From the human T2T-CHM13v2.0 reference genome, Homo sapiens: 64,000 bases of DNA. Each line of letters opens with the position of its first letter. The stretch's first letter is position 1. Below, piece by piece: positions 33,668 through 62,400 of the stretch. Both the position numbers and the translations under genes were made by a program. The stretch is taken from assembly GCF_009914755.1 (NCBI RefSeq), contig NC_060939.1; one strand, 5' to 3'. The notes beneath the pieces were generated by a model. The model searched no databases. It was given only the letters and a program-made list of their open reading frames with translations, and was not told the DNA's origin.

Positions 33668-34011
33668 TCAAAATTGATAGTGGCTTGTGAACAGATAGAT
33701 CACTTGAACAGATAGATCACTTGAATAGAATAGAGCCCAGAAATAAACCCAAATGCTTCTGGGGGAGTTTAGTATATTATAAACATGACATTTTAAATCA
33801 ATGAGGAAAAGAAATCATTTGCAGCTCACCCTACCATACGCAGCAGGAATAGGAAGTCATTGGCAGAATAAAAAGATGGTAAGAACAGAACAGAATTATA
33901 GAACAGTACGTTTCTTCCTTCCCCACTTTTCAAAGTATTTTTTGCTTTTACACAAGTATAAGTGTAATTTTATTTTCTAAATGTATACTAATTGTTTTGT
34001 CTCTTTCTTAG

Positions 34012-35087
34012 ATGAATGAAAAAAATTACACCTTTAGAAAAAGAGTTGTTAGAAAAAAGCCTTGGCTGCATGTAGGGGAAGTGACAGCACAGAAGAGACC
34101 AGAGAAGAGCCTCCTGGAGGAGAGCCTACGCTTTGACCATGCTGTCCGGATGGGTACGGTGCCCTCTTCTGCAGAGTGTTCATTTCTATGCTTTTTCTAT
34201 GGTTCCATTTCATAGAAAGATTTGGGGTGATGTTTCTTTTCCCTCAACTTTTTATTTTAAAACTTGCAAACACAGAAAAGTTGATAAAATAATACAGTGA
34301 ACATCGGTATGCTATTCAACTGGATTCACCAATTAAGGTTTTGTCATACTTGTTTTCTCTCCTCCGCATATGGAAGATTGTATATGTGCCCTTTTTCCCC
34401 CTGAATCATTTCAAAGTAAGTTACCAGTATCGTGGCATTTCACTGTTAAGTACTTTCACAGATATCTTCTAGGAACCAGGACATTCTCCTATATAATCAC
34501 AATACCGTTAATCCACCCCAAAAATTTAACATCAATACACTAATGATACCTACTGTATAGATTATAATCAGCTTCCTTGCAGAATCTGTTTAGAAGGCTT
34601 GCATCCTGTCACTGTCCACTGATTAAATTTTGAACTCTAACTTGAAACCCTGGTCATCTCATTGCCTTCTTTCTTATACCCATTAAGTCAAAAGGAGCTC
34701 TCATTTTATTTCAATGGAAAACAGAATGGAAAAGAGGGGAAGAGTCCGTAGGTACCTTGGATAAAGTATGAGCACTTACTACCATATGTATTCTAGTTCT
34801 GTAGTTTTCAAACTTCAGGGAGCATTTCAAGGCTTATTAAAGCACAGATAGTTGTCCTTCTTCCCCACTTTCTGATTCAGGAGGTGTGGGGCTGGCCCAG
34901 GAATTTGCATGTCTAACAAGTTCCCACGTGTTTCTGATGCTGAGGGTCTAAGGACTACAATGCGTGAATCCGTGGTTTAGTGGATATCCACCTAATGAAT
35001 ACATGTTGTATTTCCTTTAGCACCTGTGATTACAGAGGAAACACCTTTCAACTGGAAGATATCATTAAGCAGAGGATAAGAGATCAG
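34012..35087 (+). pseudogene. MPHOSPH10 pseudogene fragment, left copy (two internal exons: 34012-34153 and 35021-35087)
   Basis: KKPW..GEVTAQKRPE.SLLEE.L.FDHAVRM and PVITEET/QLEDIIKQRIRDQ match MPP10; frameshifts; second exon donor reads GA. Confidence 0.88.
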
Positions 35088-35101
35088 GACAGTAAGAATT
35101 A

Positions 35102-35722
<621 letters not shown>

Positions 35723-36905
35723 TTAATTTTGCCACTGAAAACATTTTGGTTTGTTGCTTTTTACACTTTTTATGCATATAAACATTTTAAAAAGTAGAAT
35801 CATAATATATGGTCTTTTGTCACTTACTATATTTTAAGCATGTTTCTATGGCAGAAATATATCCTGGCATCATCACTTTCAATAGCTGGATGTATGTTAA
35901 GTGAATCATTGCCACCCCAGAGGTGGATTTCCTTCTATATATATTTTAATGAACTCGAGTCAGGATTTTTGCACTGAATTCATACAAGTAGAATTTCTAG
36001 AGGAAAGTAATATAAAACAGTTTTAGGATTTTTAAAAGAAATGTTCAAATCATCCTATAGGAAAATTGGTTGAGTTTATACTCCCACCAACAGGGACAGA
36101 GCTCCAGGTTCCCCCTTCCATTTGTCATCTTCGCTGGTCTTTAAGCAGAAAATCTCATTGTTTTCATTATATTTCTTTGATTTCTAGTGCTTTTGAATCT
36201 TTTTCATATGCTCATTGGCTATTTTTATTCTTGTGGGAAGTGCCGGTTTCTCTACTGCCCATTTTCTGCTGGAAATCATTCATTTTTTTTTTCTGAGTAA
36301 TTTTAAATTTTTCTTTATAGGCTAAGGATACAAACCTTTAATGTCATTGAGGTTACAAAGACTTTCTCCTCATAAGTAATTTGTCATTTCGCTTTATTTA
36401 TTTATATTTTGCTAGCCAAGCACCAAAGTCACATTTCACTTAATTTTTATGTTGCTGAATGAAAACATTTTAACTTAATGATTTTACTGGAAAGAGGAGC
36501 AGGACAGAATGTAATATCTAGATCTTGCTCTGTCACCCCAACTGGAGTGGAGTGGCATGATCATAGCTACTGCAGCCTCAAACTTCTGGGCTCAAGTGAT
36601 TTTCCCACCTCAGTCTCCCAAGTAGCTAGGACTACAGGTGTGTGACGCCATGCCCAGCTAATGTTTAATTTTTTTTTGTAGAGCTGTGAATTCGCTATGC
36701 TGCCCAGGCTGGTCTTGAACTCCTAACTTACTCCACCTTGGCTTGCCAATATGCTGGGAGTACAGGTGTGAACTACTGCTCGTGACTGAGAGCTTACTTT
36801 TGTTTGCTAGTGGTGTTCTTGGTATCTTTTTATATTTGAGGCTTTTGTGCTAGTGCTGAAGTATTATACTCACCATCTGAGGTTCACAGGACTTTTGTTT
36901 TTATT

Positions 36906-37478
36906 ATATTTTTATTTTTTATTATTATGCTTTAGGTTTTAGGGTACATGTGCACAACGTGCAGGTTTGTTACATATGTATACATGTGCCATGTTGGTGT
37001 GCTGCACCCATTAACGGGTCATTTAGCATTGGGTATATCTCCTAATGCTATCCCTCCCCCCTCCCCCAACACCACAACAGTCCCCGGTGTGTGATGTTCC
37101 CCTTCCTGTGTCCATGTGTTCTCATTGTTGAATTCCCACCTATGAGAGAGAACATGCGGTGTTTGTTTTTTTTTTCCCTGCGATAGTTTGCTGAGAATGG
37201 TGGTTTCCAGCTTCATCCATGTCCCTACAAAGGACATGAACTCATCCTTTTTTATGGCTGCATAGTATTCCATGGTGTATGTGTGCCACATTTTCTTAAT
37301 CCAGTCTATCATTGTTGGACATTTGGATTGGGTCCAAGTCTTTGCTATTGTGAATAGTGCCGCAATAAACATACGTGTGCATGTGTCTTTATAGCAGCAC
37401 GATTTATAATCCTTTGGGTATATACCCAGTAATGGGATGGCTGGGTCAAATGGTATTTGTAGTTCTAGATCCCTGAGA
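36906..37478 (-). mobile_element. L1PA 3' end (about 570 bp) at a duplicon junction
   Basis: ORF2 C-terminus [13 protein letters not shown]... and 3'UTR; no TSD seen. Confidence 0.92.
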
Positions 37479-39476
37479 AATCAGAGCCCGTAGCTGGTGG
37501 TCAAGATGAGGGAGAGGCCCTCAGGGTCAGCCGAATGCCTGAGAGGCCGGACAGGCCCAAAGGTGAGCAACGTGAGCACATCAGGTGGGCTCAGAGCTGG
37601 CGCATGAGCCCCACAGCCTGCAGAGCAGCCCTGTACTCGGGAGCCCGCTCGCACCAACCCAGCGGGACTTCAGAGATGTGGGGTCCAGCCTTTCCTACTA
37701 TTGCTGGGCTGAGGGCTGGGAGCTGCAGATTCTGACCCCACAGCTGCCTTAGACATGCCAGATGGTCTGGGGCAAGACACACCCCTCTCTATGAAATGAG
37801 CAGCCAGTCCAAATAGGTACATTAGAGAAGGGCTGTGGGATGGACCCAGCTGTAGCCTGGGGCTACAGGCTGGCTTCCGGGGTACTCAAGCAGCTGGCCT
37901 CTGGGGTAGCAGCCCCAGGTATGAGAGGCAGGACTCAGAATCTAGGCCAAGCCTCCATAGGAATCCCCTCTGGAGAGCCCGGGCACTCTGCAGGAGGGGC
38001 AGCAGGCAGCAGGTGCACCAGGAGCATGTTTCACAAGGTGCCCAATATCGCATCTGCTCAGATAGGCAGCGAGTTGGAAAGTGGATGCAATAGGCAGGGT
38101 GGCGGCTGCTCCCCACAGCCAGGAGTCCGGCCCAGCACCCACCTGAGTCCGCCTCAGTCCTGCTCAATTGGGTTATCCGTGCTCTTGGCCCTCTGATCCC
38201 ACCCACAGAGGGAGGTCTTTGGGGCGACCAGGTGAGCTGGCCCTTGTGGGAGGATGTAACTGACTCCTGAGCCTGGCGAGCCAGGCAGCCCCTCGCCAAC
38301 GTCCCCACCCCTACCTCTCCAGCCCCCCCGCATTCCCTGATCCTCCCATCCGCTCCCCTGACCCAGCAGTTGCCTCTGCTCACTCTCTTTTCCTGCTCCC
38401 AGGCTCGCCTGGTCATGTGTCCTTCACTCTCCTCTGAGTCTCCCTCTTTCCAAGCCGCCTCCACTCTACTTGACACACTCTCCCTTAAGACACCAGAGTA
38501 CACAAGCGCAAGTCCCTGCACCTCACCTTTACTCCCAGACATGGGAGGGAGATGACATGAAGACCCAAACGCCACTTAGCAGGAGATCTGGGGTATGCAG
38601 AGGGGCAGAACGGAGGCTGTGGAAGCTCCAGGGGCTCCCTGCAGGAGGCCACATGTAAGCTGGCTATTGAATGTGGCTCTGAGCTGAGACCTCTCCTTGA
38701 AGCTCCAGACCAGGAGCCAGCTGCTAGCTGGACCCCTCCATTTGGTGCCTCAGAGAAACTTTGCACTCTCTAGGTCTAACTTTGAACCCAGAAAATTCCC
38801 CCATGTCGGCCCTGTCTCTTCACAGGGAAAGCACCACCTCAGACCCAGTTCTGCACCAAACCCACATTTGAGTCACGAGGCTCCTGCCCTGCACTGTGAG
38901 CACTCTGGATAAGCCAGTGCTGAGGGGGAAAGAGCTCTGAATGCCAAGCCAAAACATGAGCTTCAACTCCACCTCCAGCTCTGAGAGCTGTGGGTAGGGA
39001 AGGGCCCTCGTCCAGTTTGCTGTAGAAAGATCAGTCTGCCACTGTATGGCACATGGATGGCAGGGGCAGAGTGCAGGTGGAGAGAATAGAAGGTGGGCAG
39101 GGCAGGGGAGGCAGGGACATGGCTGTAGCCGTGGAGATGGGAGGACAGACAGGACTTGGTGGCCACTTGGGTGAACCAAGGGAGGAGTCAGGAAGAGACA
39201 CCCAGTTTTGTATCAGATGTGTAGAGCGTGGGATGCTGTTCATTGACGGAGGGAGGAGGAGGAGGAAGAGGTATGGCATGGGGAGGAGGTAGCTGAGCTC
39301 TGTCGTGAATGTCATTTGAAGTCCCCAGGGAAAGCCAGGCCGGCCAGCACCTTCACTGCTTCAGCCAGCTCTCAGGGTGTCTGTGCTCCCTGGCCCTCTC
39401 AGCTCCTGCTTCATAGCTGTCAGCTGCAGTGGGAGACAGCTGCACAAGGGCCCAGCATGTCTGTGTGTTTACCCAG

Positions 39477-39625
39477 GGGACTGCCGCATGGCCCATGCCG
39501 AGCAGAAACTGATGGACGACCTTCTGAACAAAACCTGTTACAACAACCTGATCCGCCCAGCCACCAGCTCCTCACAGCTCATCTCCATCCAGACGGCGCT
39601 CTCCCTGGCCCAGTGCATCAGCGTG
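39477..39625 (+). pseudogene. CHRNB4-derived exon 2 (nicotinic receptor beta-4 fragment) in a GC-richer intronic block
   Basis: 149-bp AG/GT exon encoding GDCRMAHAEQKLMDDLLNKTCYNNLIRPATSSSQLISIQTALSLAQCISV, versus CHRNB4 GNCRVANAEEKLMDDLLNKTRYNNLIRPATSSSQLISIKLQLSLAQLISV; no neighbouring CHRNB4 exons seen. Confidence 0.92.
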
Positions 39626-40847
39626 GTAGGTGCAGAGGGTACCTGTGGCTCAGGCTCAGGTGAAGAGGCAGCTCATGCCCAAGCCCTAAGCAGTCAATGT
39701 CCAGAGGAATGAAATGACTAGAGTTGACTTAGACTCACCGGTACACGGTGGGGAGGCTGGAGGAGGGTCCATGAGGTTTATAGGTGTCCAGTATTTAATG
39801 AGGTCATGGTTTTGTTAACAAAGAAGAAATGAGGGTGGGAGCGAGATCACCACTGGCTAGGCAGCCAATGGGCCTGCAGAGACTCTGCTCAGCTGAGTCT
39901 CCAGCACGACCATGAGCTTCTCATCCTGATCCTCCCATCCCCACCCTACTTTTCTCCCCCAGCTTGCTCAACAGGTGACCTTACAGGCTCCCTACTCTTT
40001 GCAGGGAATAAGAACCAGACTGGGGGAACTGACGGGTACAGAGGCCCAGGTGTAGGCGCAGGACCACAGGCAGTGAAGCGTCTACTGACCCAGGCGGGTG
40101 AGGGTCTGGAGAGTGGGCATGGCTGCTGCAGGCATGGAAAGCAGGCACAGATGGCGGCACTCCCAGGGCCCATTGTCAGGGTCTCCACATGTGGACGTGT
40201 GCAGAGGTGGGGGTGCTGAGGGAGGAGGGGCAGGGAATTTCTCATCTTCTCTCTACTGCCTCTGAGTTGGAGATGTCAGAGGGAGCCATGGCCCACTGTA
40301 AAGTAACACAATGTCCCCACCCACAGGATTAGAACCCCTCCCCTGGAAGCAGCTCTGAGGGGAACAGTCACATGTAGAGAGTGCAGGGCACTGTGTCCAG
40401 CCGGGGGAAGGAGGTCACCAAGGGGGTTAACCCCCCTCTGGCCAGGTGGCTGCCTTCTGACACACCAGCCTCTGTCTCTAGCACGGTGGCCCCCACACAC
40501 CCAGCCTGTGAAACCTACAGCCCTCAAGAAGGCTTTGGCCAAATTAAGGAGCGGCTCCCTCTCCCAGGAGGAAGCACAGGTGAAGGATGTGGAGGGCAGT
40601 AGAGTTGTGTGTGCTCCGCCCCCTTTCTCCACAGTCGGATGGAAAGAAGGGGGCTTTCAGCCAGGCTCGCCCAGGCTGGGGTCTGAGTGTCACTGTCCAG
40701 CTATTGGCTTCTTGCTTAATGGGTGAGCCCAGCTGCTCCCGTGCAGCTGCCGCCCTAGTGAGGGTGAACCGGCAGGCGAGTTACATTTCTGAAAGCCTGG
40801 GAATACAGTAAATATTAGGCTGTGGGCTGCTGGGCCAGGAAGAGTTG

Positions 40848-40853
40848 TTTATT
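40848..40853 (-). terminator. Candidate polyadenylation signal for GOLGA6L
   Basis: AATAAA on the minus strand ~1.7 kb past the stop; another AATAAA lies just after the stop (~42521-42526), so usage is uncertain. Confidence 0.4.
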
Positions 40854-41220
40854 TTTCAGGGTTTGTTTATCTATTGACTTGATGAGGGAGGGTTATAGGT
40901 ACAACCAGTTTAAAGATGGAAATTTTGAGAGAGCAGGCAGGGATTTAGTGCTGGGTAAGCCTGGTCAAAGCGGCTCTTTTGGGGCGGCCAGAATCCAGTA
41001 CCAATGTCCTCAGCATGTTCATCAGCTGCTGGGGGAGTGCGGGACAGCATGAAAGCACAGGAGAACTTTCTGGATGATAGAAATACTCTGTATCTTCAAA
41101 GGAGGTGGGTTCCATAGTAATGTTAAATGAGTTAAAACTCATCAAAATGTAAACCAGACCTGTGCATTTCACTAATAGAAATTATACCTCCAATTAAAAA
41201 CATGTTTTAAAAGACAGATG

Positions 41221-41508
41221 GGCCGGATGCAGTGGCTCATACTTGTAATCCCAGCACTTTGGGAGGCTGAGGCAGGTAGATCACCTGAGTCAGGAGCTCG
41301 AGACCAGCCTGGAAAACATGGTGACATCCTGCCTCTATTAAAGGTATAAAAAAAAATTAGCCAGGCATGGTGGCACACGCTACGCGGGAAGCTGAGGCAG
41401 GAGAATTGCTTGAACCCAGGAGGCAGAGGTTACAGTGAGCAGAGATCGTGCCATTGCACTAGAGCCTGGGCAACAGCGCAAGACTCCATCTCAACAACAA
41501 CAAAAAAA
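41221..41508 (+). mobile_element. AluS
   Basis: Sense Alu; TSD gacagatg. Confidence 0.9.
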
Positions 41509-42084
41509 GGACAGATGAAGGTTTTCAACTTTCAGTAAAGGCAGAGGAGCTTGTTACAGATTCGCCTCCCCACAAGAGCAGTTAGAAAAACTGGATAAAA
41601 ATGTGCCCCGCCCCCAATCAAAAACAATTGTTGGAAGGTAATTGGAGACCTCAGTCAGGACTTGAGTGACCAGGCCTAGGAGGTGATCCTGACAGTCTGT
41701 AGTGCTTTCCCACATTTGGTGATTGGTCAACAGTAGAGGGCTAAGAGGCTAAGAAACTGAGTATGAAGTGGTAGTTAAGAGGCTGGAGAGCCTAGCTGAA
41801 TGTTTGGCACTCTCACAGGGCTGAAATGACCTAATGAGAATTTGGGTCCCAGGAAGGAGATGGGACCTTGGTGGGGACCCTGGAAGGGCCACCCCTGGGA
41901 GTCCAAATGAATAAAACATAGACCAGCCATCAGAAAACCTAAAACCTGCTTTGAACCAGCTTAGTCCCAAAGTAGATGAAGGCGATCTGCCCTTACTCCA
42001 ATTGTGTGCCATAAACTCAAAGTCAATACTCTCTGGAGGCAGATAAAAGTTTACTATGAATGTCAAAAGACAACACAAGACTAA

Positions 42085-42422
<338 letters not shown>

Positions 42423-42552
42423 TAAATAAAATTTTTTTTTCAGGTTTGTGCTCAGACTATATTCTAAACAGTCACATGGCGGCTTACTCTTCTCCAGGCC
42501 TTGCTGCCGGCTTTTACATGTTTATTGTCTTTGCCTTCTTGTCATGTGCTCA

Positions 42553-50534
<7,982 letters not shown>

Positions 50535-50599
50535 GATCCAGGTGAGGACAAGTATATACCTCCAGTCACCTCTACGTCGCTGTGTGACTGAGCCAGAGG

Positions 50600-50800
50600 A
50601 GGCGTAACCAGGGCTGCACTAGAATGCAGAATAGGGGTGTGGCCTTCATGCTTGAAGCCCATTGGTCAATGAGAAAGATGAAAGGAAAAGGAGGTGTGGC
50701 CAGACAGCAGCGTGTCATGAAGGACCTGTGTTGTCACAAGGAAAGCTGCCTATGCAACCGCTGTCCCCGCCCACTCCAGGAGAGGGGCGGGGCTGGCTTT
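50600..50800 (-). promoter_or_regulatory. Putative GOLGA6L promoter
   Basis: CCAAT (attgg at 50661-50665) and two GC boxes (~50765, ~50783) upstream of the ATG. Confidence 0.5.
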
Positions 50801-51030
50801 CACTTTAAAAACTTTAAAACTTTATTACCTCAATTGAGGTACAAGTCCTATTAAAATGGAAATTTTATAGTGTGCTTGATGATTGATAAAGCAGACTTTA
50901 TTATCTAACATTCCAATAAGATAATCACAATGTTTTCTCTTTTTTGGAAAAACTTTCTCTTATTCTCCTACATTAGCGTTTAGTTTTTTTAAAAAAAACA
51001 AACAAACAAGAAACATGTCTAATATCTTTA

Positions 51031-51413
<383 letters not shown>

Positions 51414-52574
51414 AAGGCTTTCCATTTAATAAGCACTCAAAGTTCTTTACAAGGTTAAAGCAAATACAGGACCCTTCTAAAGTAAGGCTAAATGCTAAGT
51501 GATGGGGGAGAGAAAAAGGACATAAATAACTCCTACTCTCATGAGTTAATCACTAAATCCGATTTTTCTAGAATCACCTGGCCTCTAAGCCCTGAAAATG
51601 AAACTGAATTTCTCACTCGATACTTGGCTATGACTTGCAATCATGAAAACCAAGAATTGTGTTATGTCACTGTGTATTGCTTGTTACCTGGGATCAAGGG
51701 TTGACTTTTTCATGATTTGCTCCATTACATGTGTGCTTCTTCTCCCAGTCCAAACTACGCTTTTTTCTAGAGTTCTACAATTTACAGTTAGTATGTAAGG
51801 GTGGCTCTCAAACATGTAGTCTCCGGACCAGGAGCACCTGGGAACTTCTTATAAATGTAAATTCTCAGGCCCCACCCTAGACATGAATGAATCAGAAACT
51901 CTGCAGTAGGGCCCAGCAATCCGTGCTGCAATAATCCCTCCAGGTGCTCAGGAACCTCTGCCATACAGCAGGTAGAAAAATGTGTTTCCTTCTGTAGGTC
52001 CAAAGCCAGGGATACTATATGTTCTGTCTCAATATGAAACAATGACATGCAATTAAAAGACATAAATCTCCTTCCTACTTCCACCCTCCAGCCAGTGTGT
52101 TTTATTTTTATGAGTTCAATAAGAAAACGTGTGGCAATCAGAGATTTCATCTAAAAAATATATCTACAGGTATCAGTTCTCATCCAGCCTGATCTCATCC
52201 AATATCATTTCTATCCTCTTACATCTAAAGTTTTAGAAAAGGATTTTCACAACGTAAGACTCAGGCGCACTAGGAGTTCTATGATAAAAGACCAAGTAGA
52301 TCTGAATGTCCAAACTTACTAGAGAAGAAAAGTGGACTCATTGGCTATATTTTCAAATTGCATTCAACAGGAAATTAAAGGTTTGAATTTTTTCCACCTT
52401 CATCCTTCCAAGTTAATAGAATTAAACCAGAATACTCCATTCTTCCAAAGCCTGTAGCCAGGCAAACTTTTACTGTATTACTTCTTGCTTTTCAATGGAT
52501 ATAAAGCAGAGTCCTGGTAGGCACATTTTGTATACCTGCAAAGATGCAAAACTAAACAGTTCCCTCGGTTCAAT

Positions 52575-56123
<3,549 letters not shown>

Positions 56124-56799
56124 CTGAATTTGCTTGAGTTTTTAGCTCTCTCACCCATTTCAGGATTGTCACCACCCATATCTGACACGTCCTCCTCCTC
56201 CTCTAAATCTTCTAGGTCCTCCTGGCCATCAGCCTCTGTTTCTGAACCAGCCTCTTCATGCTCCTGTTCTTCACTCTCTGGGAGAAGACTGATATCTTCA
56301 TCTTTCTTTCACTAACCGCATTCTGGAAGCACTGTAAAATTGCTTCATTTTGCAATTCCAGTTGTTGCAAAGTCTGCTCATCATCAAAACTTTCTATCAC
56401 AAGTTTTTGTAAAGAGCTGCCATGGATTCTACCATTCTCTACTGTTTTATTAAAGTCATAAAGCACTTTCGTTAAAGAAGTGAACTTTGGTTCCAATCCA
56501 TCTTGAAACCTATTGGGAGGAATTAAATGAGATTTAGAATTATAGATAATAATTTCACAGCCCTCTTAATTAAAAGAAAAATAAAAACCTCAACTCTTCT
56601 GTAAAATCAAATTTGAATAAAGTGTAAGTATAGATTCTGGCCCCAACAATATATAAGCTGATGAGCCACAATGATATATAAAACCTGTCAACCAAGTATT
56701 TGTGAATCAGCTGTATAGATTGTTGGCAGGAAAAGCATTACAAATCTATTTGCTTGGAGATATATAGAGAATTAGCCTTAAATTTTCTACTCTGCTACA

Positions 56800-57560
56800 T
56801 TATATACCACTCCATTCATTCATTCCCTTATTCACTCAATGATCAACATTTGCTTTGGCTACAGTGGTCAAGGAAAACCTCTCCTAGATGTGACATCTGA
56901 GATGAAACTTACAGACAAGTATAGTCTTATAAAGATTGGGAAACATGTATTCCAGGCGGAAGAAACAGCAAGAACAAATTCTCTAAGATGCAATTGAGCT
57001 TGGTAAGCCTGAGGAATAAAAAAGTGAGCATGGCTATAGCGTGAAGGAGGCAGAAGGTGAAGTTGGAGAGACTGATGGGAGCCAAATTCTGCAGGGCTCA
57101 AGGGTAAGAGTTTGCCGTTTTAAGTGTAATAAGAAAATGTGAGAAGATTTTAAGCAGAAGGATGAAATGATGATTTATACGAAGGAAGAAGAAAGGGAGG
57201 AAGGAGGAGGAGGAAAGTAGAGTGATTAGAAGGTTGATGCAGCATTCCAGGCAAAGGATGATGGTGATTTAAGCTGGAGTTAGAGCAGTGAATATGCTGA
57301 GTACAGTTTGGAGGTAGAACTGACAGGATTGCTAAGGAATTAGATACAGAATAGAGAAAAGTGAAGACATCAAAATAGCAACCTAGTTTTATGTGCGAGC
57401 AACTGGAGAGACAGAACTGCCATTTAGTGCGATAGGCAAGGCTTGAGTGGTGGAGCAAGGGGAAAGGACTTCAGCGGATGGCAGAGTGTAGGTGGGTAGA
57501 AACAACATTCTACTGTATTTTGGACACAGTGAATTTGTGATGCTGAGAGGACCAAAATTT
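56800..57560. mobile_element. L2 fragment
   Basis: cattcattcattc...ggaggtagaactgacaggattgct... motifs typical of L2. Confidence 0.6.
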
Positions 57561-58335
57561 AAAAAATTGTTAAAAGCCGTACGGTGCGGATATCCCAGTT
57601 GTGCGCTACTGAATTCCAACTAAGCTCAGTCTGGAGTTGCTTGTGAGCAAGGAACTCAAGGGAGAGGTTGGAGTTTGAAACATAAATGAGTCATAATTTT
57701 ATAGGTCATATTTGAAGTTCTTCAACAAAATACACATAAAACGTTTGTGTTGGGAAGAGACATGAAAGTTCTAATTCTCAAGAAGCTTAGTGGGGTAGAC
57801 AGACAAGTGACAAGTTTGTGCTTTCAATAAAGTATGATGGCAGGTAAACACTGAGTGCTTTAGGAGCACGGGCGGAAGGAGAAACCAACACAGTTGTGTG
57901 TAGGGGGATGGGGGCCGTAATAAGCCTCAAGGGGAGCTTATAGGCGTGAATAACTGAGGTTAGGTTGATTTCAATAACATTCAACTGAGAGATCCATACT
58001 GTAAAAGTTTTAACAATTTTTAAAATTTTGATAGCCTAGGTCCTCTGAAATGTGGGGAAAAGTGATTTACATTTCCCCTTACCTTCCCCCAGCTCCACAA
58101 TTTGCCAGGGGTCTGCAACCCGTGTCCACGTGCGACCGCAGTCGCACCCGAGCCCGGGATCTGTGCACTTACGTGAGGATGCACTCGGGCCAGCCAGTGG
58201 CTTTGCCCACCTCCCTCAGACACCGCTCCAGGGTCCGTCAGCGCCAGGCCCATGGGCCATGGCTGTCTGCAACTCCCGACACAAGCTGCAAGGCAAGAGA
58301 GCCGCTGGGAAACCGCACCGCAAGGATGCTGGCAT

Positions 58336-58727
58336 TGGAACAGGAATTAAAAGAAATGAAAAAATGTGTAAGCAAAAACTCAGCTGTATGTAAAAAAAAC
58401 CCAATTCCCCCTGAGAATGAGAAAGAGCCTTAGTCCTTTAAAAAAACTACCTGTTTTCCTATGGCTAGTGAGCCTTATCGCTCCCTTCCCAGGCATTATC
58501 AAAACCCTAATTCCCTAACTGTGCAACTGCAAGGTCACTAAACAAACAAATGCAAGTCACAAAACATATTTTTCCTAAAAACGTAAAAAAAAAAAAAAAC
58601 ATAATGCGTGCTTCAATTAAATAACTCTCTGTTTCTCGCTTCTGTAATATGCTTCCCCCTGCACAGATCTACCCGGGCTCCACAAAATGCTAAAAGATAA
58701 CTCTTTATTCAGCTCAACGCTTTGATC
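58336..58727 (+). mobile_element. Truncated ERV LTR (LTR15-like), mostly U3
   Basis: Starts TG-gaacaggaattaaaag; contains gtttctcgcttctgtaa and a TATA-like taaaag at 58691; family recalled from memory. Confidence 0.65.
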
Positions 58728-61159
<2,432 letters not shown>

Positions 61160-61229
61160 TAACTGCCTTAAAATGATGATTGTTCAGAAAGTCAGTTTAA
61201 TTTAGATACTAAGGATATTGAGGTTATGT

Positions 61230-62400
61230 AACATTTGAGCAAGTTCTAAAAAAAAGAGAAATAGTATATTTAATTGCTAATAAAGTATTGTCAACTCACA
61301 AATATATTCACATAGCATACATTTCAAGAGCAGAATAACCATGAATATAAAAGGAATTAGCAAAAACGAAACAAAAAAGACATGAAGAAATAAAAACAGA
61401 TGGAACAAATAGCACAAAATACGATGAAAGTTATAAAAGAAACTATGCCAACAATCACAATAAATGTAAATAGACTGAATAATTAAGAGAAAATGACTAT
61501 AAAACAGAATTAGGGCACGCGTGGTGGCTCATGCCTGTAATCCCAGCACTTTGGGAGGATGAGGCAGGCGGAGGGATCACAAGGTCAGGAGTTCGAGAGC
61601 AGCCTGACCAACATGGTGAAACCCCATCTCTGCTAATACAAAAATTAGCCGGCATGGTGGTGAACATCTGTAATCCCAGTTACTCAGGAGGCTGAGGCAG
61701 GAGAATCGCTTGAATCCAGGAGGCAGAGGTTGCAGTGCCGAGATCACACCATTACACTCCAGCCTGGGCAACAGAGCAAGACTCCGTATCAAAAAAAAAA
61801 AAACACACAAAAAAACACAAAAACAGAAAATAAACAGTATGAAAAGACATCTAAAACATAAAGTCACAGAAAGACTGAGAGAGATTGAAAAAAGATACAC
61901 CTGTCATATGTACCTAACCCAAAGAAGGGTTGGAAGCTATATTATTATCAGATAAAATAGGCTTTGGGCAAAAAGCAATATGGGAGATTTTTTAAGGCCA
62001 CAATATAATGATAAAAATTCTAATAAACCAAGGGAGAAGGTAATCTAAAATGTTAATGTATCTAATAACTAGCACTCAAAATACATGAAAGCAAAATATG
62101 ACAAAATTGCAACCCTCAGAGGGCAATTTAAATACATATCTCAGTATCTGATAAAAGAGACAAAAAACAATCAGCATAGACATAGAAGATTTACATCTCT
62201 CTAGAAAATTAACAAGCTTGACCTAATGTACAGAAAAAACATATCTCTCCAAAGTGACAGCATTCACCCCCCCAAGTACATATGTACTGAGCCATAAGGA
62301 AAATCTCAACAAATTCCAAAGAAGCGGAATCATGCACCCATCTTTCTCTCTAACCATAATCTCATTAAACTAAAAACAATAATAAAAAGATAAAGTAAAA
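61230..62400 (+). mobile_element. Old L1M fragment with an inserted AluS (about 61512-61830)
   Basis: A-rich L1 endonuclease-region motifs (taaatgtaaatagactgaa, aaatctcaacaaattccaaa). Confidence 0.65.

Noticed and set aside
52315-52451. AG/GT-bounded minus-strand segment as the next MPHOSPH10 exon
   Set aside because: Translation does not match the expected AWDDVVRKEK sequence and contains a stop
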